From Octopus sinensis (lineage: Eukaryota): a stretch of 64,000 bases of DNA. Location of the stretch: assembly GCF_006345805.1 (NCBI RefSeq), contig NC_043016.1, positions 11,718,001 to 11,782,000 of the forward strand. The letters run 5' to 3'. The notes beneath the pieces were generated by a model. That model made no database searches and was not told the DNA's origin. It saw nothing but the letters and a program-made list of their open reading frames with translations. A program made the translations under genes and the position numbers. This document shows, piece by piece, positions 1 to 10,481 of this stretch; the first letter of the stretch is position 1, and each line of letters begins with the position of its first letter.

Positions 1-77
1 ACTCATTATGCTTGATTGAATTAGTTACAAATATCAGCTTTAATTAATTAATTAGTTATTTATTTATTTACTTTCAG

Positions 78-872
78 AAACGGACATTTGGTTACTCATC
101 GTGCTAAAAAACCTTATGCATGTCATTTTGAAGGGTGTGATAAAAGTTACTGTGATAATCGGTCATTACGGCGCCATCTAGAAAACCATCACAACAAACA
201 GAATCACGATGTTAACAACAGCAGCAGCAGTGCAGCAGCTGCGAATCCTGCAAGTGCTCCTGCAGTTGCCAGCGGAAATGCAGGTTCGGGTATTGCCAGC
301 GCAAGTACGGCCTCAAGTTCAGTCTCGACCCAGAGCACAAGTAATGTCCCAGTATCTTCAATAGCCAATCAGTCTATGGATTTTCAAGGAAACAACAGAG
401 GAAGTGATATTTTTAATGATAATACCAACAGCACAAGTCGTATCCATTACGCTCCCCACCATACAACCCATCAGTAACTCCCGAGGACAGTCAACCATGT
501 GTGAGCACACAACCACAGTATTTCCAGTTTGACACCACTGTCCAGCAAGTGCAGCAGTTGCAGCAACAGCAGCAACAGCAGCAGCAGCGTTTGCAGTCAC
601 AACAGAAACAACAACAACAACAACAACAGCAGCAAAAGCAACAAGCAGCACCACAACAACAACAACAGCAGCAGCAGCAGCAATTGCAACAACAGCAACA
701 GCAGCAGCAACAACTACAACAGCAACAACAACCACCACAAAAGCAACAACAGCAGCAGCAACAACAACAACCACAGACTCAACAGCAACAACAACAGCAG
801 ACACAACAACAACAAGCATCATTCCAATCCTCAGACAATATACAGAACTGGCAACAGGACCATATATATAAA
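78..872 (+). CDS. ZNF541/TRERF1-like: Window exon 1 of ZNF541/TRERF1/MIDEAS-family gene (internal exon; C2H2 finger plus polyQ; apparent 1-nt frameshift near 422)
   Basis: Acceptor tttcAG 76-77. Reads NGHLVTH-RAKKPYACHFEGCDKSYCDNRSLRRHLENHH, resembling the ZNF541 N-terminal finger. From 423 the protein continues in another frame (YQQHKSYPLRSPP...polyQ...WQQDHIYK). Donor GTTGGT at 873 is phase 0, matching the next exon. Confidence 0.8.
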
Positions 873-1142
873 GTTGGTATTCGGATTAATGGATCTTTTT
901 TATTTTTTTAAACTTTTATTTATTTTAGTCATTGGGCTGAGGCCCTGCCGGGGACACAGCCTCGTCTTAGTCAACCAAATCAACCCTTATTTTTAAGTTT
1001 AGCACTTGTTGTCTCAGCCTTAGTTTTTGCTGACCCACAAATAATATTTTCTTCTTGAGAGTAGTTTGCATATCACAGCATATTTGCAAATACTAACCTT
1101 TAGATGCTCGTGTATGTTTTATTATAAATTCATAGTCGTTAC

Positions 1143-1592
1143 AGGCACAGGAGAGGCTTTGTGGTAAAAAGCTTGCTTCACGACCATGTTGTTCTCGGTT
1201 CAGTCCCACTACATGGCACCTTGGGCAAGAGTCTTCTACTGTAGCCGCGGGCCGACCAAAGCCTTGTGGCCTTGTGAGTGGATTTGCTAGAGGAAAGCTG
1301 AAAGAAGCCCGTTGTATATATAAATATATATATATTCTGTGCCGGTGGCATGTAAAAAGCACCATCTGAACGTGGCCGTTTGCCAGCCTCGTCTGGCACC
1401 TGTGCCGGTGGCACGTAAAAAGCACCCACTATACTCACAGAGTGGTTGGCATTAGGAAGGGCATCCAGCTGTAGAAACTCTGCCAGATCAAAATTGGAGC
1501 CAGGTGCTTCCATCTGGTTCGCCAGTCTTCAGTCAAATCGTCCAACCCATGCCTGCATGGAAAGCGGACACTAAACGATGATGATGATGATA
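1143..1592 (+). mobile_element. Truncated tRNA-derived SINE (family A) followed by RTE-type 3' end with (GAT)n tail
   Basis: Head ggcacaggagaggctttgtggtaaaaagcttgct; then the recurrent ggttggcattaggaagggcatccagctgtagaaac...catgcctgcatggaaagcggac...(GAT)n module. Confidence 0.75.
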
Positions 1593-1930
1593 TATATGAG
1601 AGTATTGTAGTTCGCTTGAAGCATTGTGTATTGTTTGTGAAGAATAAAAAGTTTTGAATGGTACAACAATGCACTATAATACAGACAATGGGATATATAC
1701 CTGTTGTAATTTCCAACTTCACACACTTCTCATGAGGAATTCTGGAAGGAGCATTGTGAGACCACTGCTGATACGCTTCCCCCCCCCCCAAAAAAAAAAT
1801 TGTAAAGAAAAGCCTTTGGAAAACTGATTATAGCAGTGACTCCATCTAAGAATACCTGAAGAAGGAATATTATTCTGAAATATCATATCGGACTATGGAT
1901 GACTAAATTACAACAGGTATATAGCCCCTT

Positions 1931-1966
<36 letters not shown>

Positions 1967-2726
1967 GTGTGTGTGTGTGTGTGTGTGTGGAAGTGGCTCT
2001 GTGGTAAAAAGCTTGCTTCCCAACCATGTTGTTCCGGTAGACAGAAGCTGAAAGAAGCCCATCATATATACAGTGCCACATAAAAGGTACCAAGTCCACT
2101 CTGCAGAGTGATAGGTGTTAGGAAAGGCATCCAGCTGTAAAGTCCTTGCCAAAACAGAGTAGCATAGGTTAGTTTTTTCTACCTGGCCAGCTCCTGTGAA
2201 CTGTCCTACACATACATGCATGGAAGATGGATGTTAAACAATGATGATGGTGTATGTGTGTATGTGTCTTTGTTTTTGTGTTTGTTACCCACCACCACCA
2301 CCGCTTGGCAAAACTTGTTGGTTCAGCATCAAAAGAATTCAATAGAATAAGTAATAGGCTTTAAAAAAAAAAAGAACAAGTCCTGGAGTTGATTTGTTCA
2401 GCTTAGACCTGACAGGGCAGTGCCCCAGCATGACCGCAGTGAAGTAACTGAAACAAGTAAAATATAAAAGATAGGGCAGTGGGGTGGTTTGTAACCCAGG
2501 TAATATCAACTCATTAGAAAAATTGTAAGCTCACAAAGGGGCTCTGGGTGTTTAGGGGCTGAGGTCATAATTTTTTTTGTTCTAGAAATATTAAGTGGCA
2601 TTCCATCAGTTATGAGAACAAGTGTTCCAGTTGGTTCGATCAGTGGAACAGCCTGCAAGTGGCTGAGCACTCCACAGACACACGTACCCTTAATATTGTT
2701 CCCAGGAACAATAGTGAAGACATAAA

Positions 2727-3062
2727 GTGAAGGTGCATGGCTCAGTGGTTAGAGCGTTGGGCTTACAATCATGGGGTAATGAGTTTGATTCCTGGACCAG
2801 GCTGTGTGTTGTGTTCTTGAGCAAGACACTTTATTTCACATTGCTCCAGCTCACTCATCTGTAGAAATGAGTTGTGACGTCAATGGTGCCAACCTGTATT
2901 GGCCTTCGCCTTTCCCTTGGATACAGCCATTGGAGACAGCCATTCTGGTATCCATGGGCAACTGATGATCTTCCATAAACAACCTTGCCTGAACTTGTTC
3001 CTCGGAAGGGAATTTTCTAGATGCAATCCCATGGTCATTCATGAATGAAGGGAGTCTTTACT
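2727..3062 (+). mobile_element. tRNA-derived SINE, family D
   Basis: A box tggctcagtgg, B-box-like gagtttgattcc, central gtgttcttgagcaagacactt; a reverse-orientation copy lies at about 14010-14342. Confidence 0.75.
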
Positions 3063-3227
3063 TTGACATCTGGTATTGTCAGTGGTTTGATGAATAATTG
3101 TCTCAAGAATCCATAAGTGATATTTATTTAGTGTACCTATTTTAAAAAGATTGAACGAAATTAACCTTAAATATATAATATCGTTAAATAAACTCATCAA
3201 TTGTTAACTGTATTCTTGTCTTTGCAG

Positions 3228-3454
3228 GTAAACCAATTTATGAACCAGACTGTGATAAACACCAGTCAGAACACTTCCCAAAGTAGTCCAAGGACAGACC
3301 CTGAACATTCCCCTGGATACTTACAGCAAATCAGTCCTATTAGCCCAGCTCCGATACCAAACCAATCCACAAGTCCGTTGCAGTTGTCAGGACAACAGAG
3401 ACGCTCTTGGTACAAGCCACCAAACTCTAATACTGTCGCAAAATCAAATAATGA
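3228..3454 (+). CDS. ZNF541/TRERF1-like: Window exon 2 (S/P/Q-rich linker)
   Basis: tttgcAG|GTAAAC; VNQFMNQTVIN...AKSNN; donor GTTAGT at 3455, phase 2, compatible with exon 3. Confidence 0.8.
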
Positions 3455-3759
3455 GTTAGTGCATTAGTATCGATTTATTCTGTTTTATACCAGTTGTTAG
3501 AGGTGCAGTCAGGTCAACGGGTCACAGTAAGAGACATTTGCTACTTCTTACAAAAGCATTGTAGATTGAAGCCAATGGCTTGGCTAGTGTACTACACATG
3601 CAACAAAGATGGTACATTATCTTCATCTTTTATTTCTTACTTGTCTCAGTCATTGTCCACCAAATCTATAATTAGAGCAAAGCTTTATTAGTAAATTTGA
3701 TTGACAGAACCTCAAAGAACTCTATCATATATGCATATATGTGTTTGTGCATGTGTGTA

Positions 3760-4035
3760 GGTGCAATGGCCCAGTGGTTAAGGCAGTGGTCTCCCTGTCA
3801 TAGGATCATGGTTTCGATTCCCAGACCAGGTATTGTGAGTGTTTATTGAGCAAAAACACCTTAAGCTCTACGAGGCTTTGACAGGGGTTGGTGGTGAACC
3901 CTGCTGTACTCTTTCACCACAACTTTCTCTCACTCTTTCTTCCTGTTTCTGTTGTACCTGTATTTCAAAGGGTCAGCCTTGTCACACGCTGTGTTACGCT
4001 GAATCTCCCCGAGAACAACATTAAGGGTATACGTT
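3760..4035 (+). mobile_element. tRNA-derived SINE, family E (older copy)
   Basis: Homologous along its length to 5731-6040. Confidence 0.7.
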
Positions 4036-4349
4036 TCTGCGGAGTGTTCAGGAGGCCAGTCAGGCGGTACCGGCAATGACCTCACTCGAATCTTTTACAC
4101 GTGCCAGTGAAGCGACGTTAGTAACGATCAATCTCGAATGGTGCCCTTGTTACATGCCACGGGTACGGAAGCCAGTTGGCTGCTCTGGTAACAATCACGC
4201 TCGGATGGTGCTCTTGGCACCCTACTAGCACAGTAAGGCGATGCTGGTAATGATCATACTCGAATAGCCGCTCTGTCAACGATCACACTCGTATGGTGCT
4301 CTTTGCACCCCGCTTGCACAGATGCCAGTCATCGAATATATATATATAT

Positions 4350-4539
4350 AATTCATAAATGAGGGCAAAGGAAAAGAATTCTAGTGCCAAATATGCCGAA
4401 AAATTGGACACATTGTCCATTAACCATATAATTTTTTCACAATACACACTACTCGAAAAATATGGTTACTGGACAATGGGTCCAATTTTTTGGCATATTT
4501 GGCACTAGAATTCTTTTCCTTTGCCCTCATTTATGAATT
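4350..4539. repeat. Long inverted repeat (foldback/MITE-like) flanked by (TA)n
   Basis: 4350-4429 is the near-exact reverse complement of 4460-4539. Confidence 0.9.
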
Positions 4540-5026
4540 GTTTATAAATTTAACCGTTAAAGGTATTTTTAATATGCTGGCCATTGATAAAATTTTTTTC
4601 GAGAAAATAATTTTTTTTCGAAAAGAATTTTATCCTCACATTTGATATATATATATATATATATATATACATACACACACACACATTGCTCCAGTTCCCC
4701 TTTGATCAGTGGTGGGGTTGTTGACCTGCTCACCTAGCCATTGGGATGGTATCATTTGATAGCCTGGTCAGTCATGTGTGATCAACTGACTTGGGTTTAT
4801 GCACCTCACTTTATCTGGTTAGGAATAGTTAACCATATTTTTAAAGGTCTCTAAGACTAGCATTCTGTCCCAGAAGGTTTTTTTTTTAATGCCAGTAAAC
4901 TAAAAACTTCTGAAGCTCACAAAAAAATTAACCTCTTTCTCTCTCTCTCCTCCTCCTCTCTCAGTTTTCATTATTCCACAATTACTACAAATAAAAATAA
5001 AATAGCGTCCCATGTTTTATACCTAA

Positions 5027-5411
5027 ACTAGCAGTATCGCCCGGCGTTGCTCGGGTTTGTAAGGGAAATAACTATATAAGCATTTTTAGAGATGTAAAGT
5101 ATAATAGCCATCTCAATATGGCTAACCACAAGGGGGGGGGTTACTGTAGCTTTTTACGTTCTGAGATTTAATAATAAATTTTTAGAGAGTTACTTCCCTT
5201 ATATATGCCAAAAATGCATTAAAAATGGGAAAAATTGATGGTAAATTTTTTTTTTTAAATCGTAGACTCATCGTAGACGCGCGCTAATACTCAGAAGGGC
5301 TTGATATGAATCAGAACTATAAGATACCCGGTTTTGGTTAAACTGCACCACAAAATGTGGGAGTAAGGAATCTAAATCGTAGCACACAACCTCACTTTTA
5401 TATATAAAGAT
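5027..5411 (+). mobile_element. Non-autonomous Helitron-like (HINE/Lep1-style) element
   Basis: Starts ACTAGcagtatcgcccggcgttgctcggg (subterminal hairpin) and ends ...ttttatatataaagat; no TSD; the family assignment is inference from end structure. Confidence 0.55.
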
Positions 5412-5522
5412 ATAAGTAGGCCTCATGTTAGCTTTTCTGCAATCTGTGACTGTATTTACTTATATATTAATTTTTGTTTTTTAATTATCTTTTCTAAAAA
5501 TTTAATCTAATTTAATTTTCAG

Positions 5523-5631
5523 TGATGAATCTAAACCTGTAAAGTGTAATCTGTGTTCCAAGAGATTCAAAAATATTCCTGCTTTGAATGGACATATGAG
5601 ACAGCATGGTGGCTATTTCAAAAAAGTTAAG
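5523..5631 (+). CDS. ZNF541/TRERF1-like: Window exon 3, C2H2 zinc finger
   Basis: ttttcAG|T; [37 protein letters not shown], resembling the TRERF1 central finger ([15 protein letters not shown]); donor GTATGT at 5632. Confidence 0.92.
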
Positions 5632-5730
5632 GTATGTATTAGAAATTTCTTTCAAACCAGAAAAAGAGTAAACCAACATGTGTATTATGTATTTTAGTTG
5701 TGTTCATTACGTATGGTTACATATTTATGT

Positions 5731-6040
5731 GTGGAGGCGCAATGGCCTAGTGGTTAGGGCAGCGGACTCGCGGTCGTAGGATCGCGGTTTCGATTCCCAG
5801 ACCAGGCATTGTGAGTGTTTATTGAGAGAAAACACCAAAAGCTCCACGAGGCTCCGGCAGGGGGCGGTGGCGATCCCTGCTGTACTCTTTCGCCACAACT
5901 TTCTCTCACGCTTTCCTCTGTTGGCCTGCTCGCTTATCCAGCGGGGTGGCGTCATTCGAAGGCTAAAACAATGCGAAGCGCATTGTGACCAGCGATGTGT
6001 AGCAACATCTGATAGCCTGGTCGGTCACGGTGATCACATA
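5731..6040 (+). mobile_element. tRNA-derived SINE, family E (young, CpG-rich)
   Basis: A box TGGCCTAGTGG, B box GGTTTCGATTCC; CpGs retained. Confidence 0.8.
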
Positions 6041-6765
6041 TTTATGTATATGTGTCTCTGTGTGTATTTTCACTGAATTAATTAAACGACAAACAAGGAA
6101 AGAATGTTGACACAAGCATGGCTGTTTGGTAAGAAGTTTGATTCCCAATTACATGGTTTGGGGGTTCAGTCCCTCTGCATGGCACCTTGGCCAAGTGTCT
6201 TCTACTGTAGCCTGGGACCGACCAAAGCCTTGTGAGTGGCTTTAGTAGTTGGAAATGGAATGCCACATCAGACTGGAGCCTGGTGCAACCTCCTGGTTTC
6301 CCAGACCCCGGTTGAACTGTCCAACCCATGCTAGCATGGAAAACCGACATTAAATGATGATGATGATATATATATAGGTGCAGGTATGGCTGTGTGGTAA
6401 GAAGCTTGCTTTCCAACCACAAGGTTCCAGTTTCAGTCCCACTGCATAGCACCTTGGGAAAGTGTCTTCTACTATAGCCTCAGCCGACTAAAGCCTTGTG
6501 AGTGGATTTGGTAGACAGAAACTGAAAGAAGCCCATTACATATATATATATAGGTGCAGGCATGGCAGTGTTGTAAGAAGCTTGCTTTCCAACCACATAG
6601 TCCCAGGTTCAGTCTCACTGTGTGGAACCTAGAACAAATGTCTTCTTCTATGGCTTCAGAGTGACCAAACCCTACAATGTCATTCTAAAAATAAACAATC
6701 ATATCATTGAAAACTCAAAGCAACAAAGTAAAGCATGACTAATTCAAAATAATGTGAGTTAAATA

Positions 6766-7158
6766 GGCGCAGGAGTGGCTGTGTGGTAAGTAGCTTGCTA
6801 ACCAACCACATGGTTCCGGGTTCAGTCCCACTGCGTGACATCTTGGGCAAGTGTCAGTGTCTTCTACTATAGCCTCAGGCCGACCAATGCCTTGTGAGTG
6901 GATTTGGTAGACGGAAACTGAAAGAAGCCTGTCGTATATATGTATGTGTTTGTGTGTCTGTGTTTGTCCCCCTAGCATTGCTTGACAACCGATGCTGATG
7001 TGTTTACGTCCCCCGTAATTTAGCGGTTCGGCAAAAAGAGAACCGATAGAATAAGTACTGGGCTTACAAAAGACTAAGTCCCAGGGTCGATTTGCTCGAC
7101 TAAAGGCGGTGCTCCAGCATGGCCACAGTTAAATGACTGAAACAAGTAAAAGAGTAAA
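6766..7158 (+). mobile_element. Full-length tRNA-derived SINE, family A (CORE-like centre, internal TA/TG microsatellite)
   Basis: Head ggcgcaggagtggctgtgtggtaag, B box ggttcagtccc, cttgggcaagtgtc core, tail aaatgactgaaacaagtaaaagagtaaa. Further copies at about 16840-17423, 20134-20478, 20580-20745(-), 25000-25380, 30683-31062, 36170-36600(-), 42455-43070, 47615-48022. Confidence 0.85.
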
Positions 7159-7391
7159 GCTGTTGATGGGTTAAACATTTATTTTTAGAGTTTCAGGTTG
7201 CTCTTTTACCCCCTCCTCTCCTTCACATTTTGCATATTTTGTTTTTGTTGTATCAGTTGTTTGTTGTTGGAAACCAGAAACCTCCAATGTTTGATGGTAG
7301 TGGTCGTTGTTGTTGTAGTGGTTTAGTTTTTATTTATTTGGTTTTTTTTTTCTTTTTCAATCATTTTTTTTTTCCCCCCACTCTTTACCAG

Positions 7392-7624
7392 GATGCTAAC
7401 AGTAACAGTAAGGATCAGAAAAAAGTTGTGATAAAGCACGAACCTGGTCAGCCATCCACTATATCTTCAGAACTATTGCAGCAGAAACAACAACAGCAGC
7501 AACAACAACAACAACAGCAGCAGCAACAACAACAACAGCAGCAGCAGCAACTCCAACAACAACAACACAGTCTGCAGCAACAGCTTCAGCAGCAACTTCA
7601 ACAAAAGCAACTTCAAAAGCAACT

Positions 7625-7664
<40 letters not shown>

Positions 7665-8051
7665 AAACAACAACAACAACAGTTACAACAGCAGCAGTTG
7701 CAACAACTCCAACAGCAACAACAGCAGCAGCAACAACAACAGCAACAACAACAGCAGCAGCAGCAACAACAGCAGCAGCAACAACAACAACAACAGCAAC
7801 AACAACAGCAGCTGCAGCAACAACAGTTACAGCAACAACAGCTGCAACAGCAGCAACAACAGCAGTTGCAACAGCAACAGCAGCAGCAACAGTTGCAGCA
7901 ACAGCAGCTCCAGACTGCCACCATTCAAGCTCTTGCACAATCATTTCAACAGTCTGCAGAACAATCCAGGTCGACCTCAGAACAGGCAACATCCTCCACT
8001 GCACCAGTTGTCAGTATTTTCCAAGCACGTGTAGCACCACAATTATGTCAG
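7392..8051 (+). CDS. ZNF541/TRERF1-like: Window exon 4, giant polyQ exon
   Basis: tttaccAG|GAT; DANSNSKDQKKVVIKHEPG...polyQ...APQLCQ; donor GTACTT at 8052; phase 0/0. Confidence 0.85.
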
Positions 8052-8204
8052 GTACTTCTTATTTTCTGGTCTGGGTCTTCTTTGGTTGCCCTTCCCTCTT
8101 TCCTACCAACCTTAATCCACAGTAAGGCCTTCCTTGGTTATTTGCTCCGCCCATCTCACTTTCCTCAATCAATTGCTAAGCCTTGTTTATTCCTTTCTCC
8201 CTTC

Positions 8205-8685
8205 TTCAATCCTGCCTGGCCCAACCACAACCACACATTGTTTGTTGCCCCTCCCCCTATCCTGCCTGCCCCAAACACAGCCAGGCTTTGATTGTTTACC
8301 CTGCCCCAATTACAGCCAGACCTTGTTTGTTTGTTGCTCCTCCCACTATCCTGCCTGTCCCAATCACAACTAGGCTTTGACTGTTTACCCTGCCCCAATT
8401 ACAGCCAGGCATTGTTTGTTGCCGCTCCCTCTATCCTGCCTGCCCCAATCACAGTCAGGCATTGTTTGTTTGTTGCTCCTCCCACTATCTTGCCTACCCT
8501 AATCACAGTCAGGAATTGCTTGTTGCTCCTCCTTCAATCCTGCTTGCCCCAATCAGTCAGGCACTGTTTGTTGCTCCTCCCTCTATCCTCCCTGCCCCAA
8601 TCACAGCCAGGAATTGATTGTCACTCCTCCTTCAATTCTGCCTGCCCCAATCACAGCCAGACATTGTTGCTCCTCCCTCTATGTG
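8205..8685. repeat. Intronic minisatellite built on CCTGCCCCAATCACAGCCAGG units
   Basis: Repeated cctgccccaatcacagccagg...ttgttgctcctccc...atc units of variable length. Confidence 0.85.
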
Positions 8686-9039
8686 TGTTTAAGATGTTTT
8701 GCTTTGTAACTTCAGGGTTCTGTGTTCAATTTCACATGTTCCGACATGTTTGGATTTGGCAAGTGTCCTCTATTGTTGCCTGAAGTTGACCCATGGCTTC
8801 AGTGATATTGGTCACTGCACCAAAGCTCATTTGTGCATGTGCGTGTGTCTTAACACAAGCTTCAACATTGTTTCTGTCTACCAAATCCATTCACAAGACT
8901 TTGGTTGGCCTGAGGCTATATAGTAGAAGACATGGTGCCATGCAGTGGAACTAAACTCAAAATTATGTAGTTGCAAATCCAGCTTCTTATCCATACTGCC
9001 ATACCTGTGTAAAGACATTTCTTATTTATATATCGAAAT

Positions 9040-9388
9040 CGAATTGAACCAGCCAGGACCCCTGGACTGGTGGTACGTAAAAAGCACTATCCGACTCGTG
9101 GCCGATGCCAGCGCCGCCTCCACTGGCTTCCGTGCCGGTGGCACGTAAAATGCACCAATCCGACCGTGGCCGATGCCAGCCTCACCTGGCACCAGTGCAG
9201 GTGGCACGTAAAAAGCTCCCACTACACTCACGGAGTGGTTGGCGTTAGGAAGGGCATCCAGCTGTAGAAACGTTGCCAGATAAGACCGGAGCCTGCTGCA
9301 GCCTTCTGGCTTCCCAGATCCCCGGTCGAACCGTCCAACCCATGCTAGCATGGAGAACGGACGTTAAACAATGATGATGATGATGATA
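9040..9388 (+). mobile_element. RTE-LINE 3' UTR-type fragment with internal tandem units and (GAT)n tail
   Basis: Repeated ggtggcacgtaaaaagcac units, then the shared tail. Similar copies at about 13128-13282, 26650-26937, 31940-32215, 38600-38870(-), 44630-44810(-), 57900-58313, 62880-63085. Confidence 0.75.
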
Positions 9389-9469
9389 TATTCTGTTTTG
9401 TATTTCTAGTTTGCTTCTCTCTCTCTCATTCCATTTATCTTATTTTCTCACTGAACCATTTCCCCACAG

Positions 9470-9664
9470 ACTGATAACTTTGGCCAGTCCCAACATCAGC
9501 TTCTACAGACACAGCTCTTCCCAGCATTGGAACAAATTCATCAGTTGCAACAGCAACAACAGAACTTACAAACACTTCAGCTACAACAACAACAACAGCA
9601 GCAACAACAACAATTCCAACAACAGCAGCAACAGCAGCAACAACAACAACAAGTTCAGATTCAA
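9470..9664 (+). CDS. ZNF541/TRERF1-like: Window exon 5, Q-rich
   Basis: tccccacAG|ACT; 65 codons TDNFGQSQHQLLQTQLFPALEQ...QVQIQ; donor GTAAGT at 9665. Confidence 0.8.
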
Positions 9665-10142
9665 GTAAGTAAATTTTTAATGGCATTTTAATATTTTCTC
9701 ATAAATTGCTCTTCTGTTACCATATTTCTAACAGAATAATTCCTTGTCTTTTGTTTCAATTAATTTTGAAAATAATGTAGAATTTAGTAAAATAACTTTT
9801 TAGCTGGTGTTTGGAATAGAAATTAACAAATTTTGACTGATGGTTTTTTTAATTTTTTTATTTAGATAATTTTAAAATAGAAAGTTTGTGACATAGAACC
9901 AGGGTCAGAATAGGGGTGATGGTATGATAGGCGGGGGAGGGAAGAGACAGAGAGAGGGGTGGTGAGACGATGTTATAGTTGAGTAAGTTCCAGAGTACAG
10001 GAGGGAGACAGGTATAGTCTTTGGGGAAAGAGAGAGAGATGGTGATGAACAAGGGGAAATAATCTGGTGGTCCAGTGTAGTGATCAGTGTAAAATGTGGG
10101 AAGAGAGGATAGCATTTAGAGTAAACGGTCTGTCTCGACAAA

Positions 10143-10375
10143 AAGGCGGCGAGCTGGCAGAATCGTTGGCACGCCAGGCGAAATGCTTAGCGGTATTTCG
10201 GCTGCTGTTATGTTGTGAGTTGAAATTCCGCCGAGGTCGACTTTGCCTTTCATCCTTTCAGGGTCGATAAATTAAGTACCAGTTAAGCACTGGGGTTGAT
10301 ATAATCGACTTAATACCTATGTCTGTCCATGTTTGTCCCCTCTATGTTTAGCCCCTTGTGGGTAATAAAGAAATA
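10143..10375 (+). mobile_element. tRNA-derived SINE, family B, with 16-bp TSD
   Basis: Head ggcggcgagctggcagaatcg, B box gagttgaaattcc, centre tttgcctttcatcctttcagggtcgataaattaagtaccag; TSD ggtctgtctcgacaaa at 10127-10142 and 10376-10391. Confidence 0.9.
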
Positions 10376-10481
10376 GGTCTGTCTCGACAAATTCCATCTG
10401 ACTCATGCAAACATGTGAAGTAGATGTTAAACCTATGAAGATGATGATGATAATATAATTCATTATATATCTCTGTTTCAG

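Noticed and set aside
405-425. Programmed -1 ribosomal frameshift explaining the exon 1 lesion
   Set aside because: Only five T (410-414), no X XXY YYZ heptamer, and the -1 frame has stops at 417 and 420 right after the run.
3221-3233. Recursive splice sites at AG|GT exon starts (also 16578, 23221)
   Set aside because: G after the acceptor is ordinary consensus, the introns are short, and these are needed coding exons.
5731-5805. tRNA genes at SINE heads
   Set aside because: A and B boxes are present but run directly into SINE bodies; no complete cloverleaf could be supported.
358-8004. Poly-Val/Ala/Cys and poly-Asn/Ser ORFs (358-822, 529-996, 7459-8004, 7613-7924)
   Set aside because: Alternate-frame or antisense readings of the CAG/CAA repeats.
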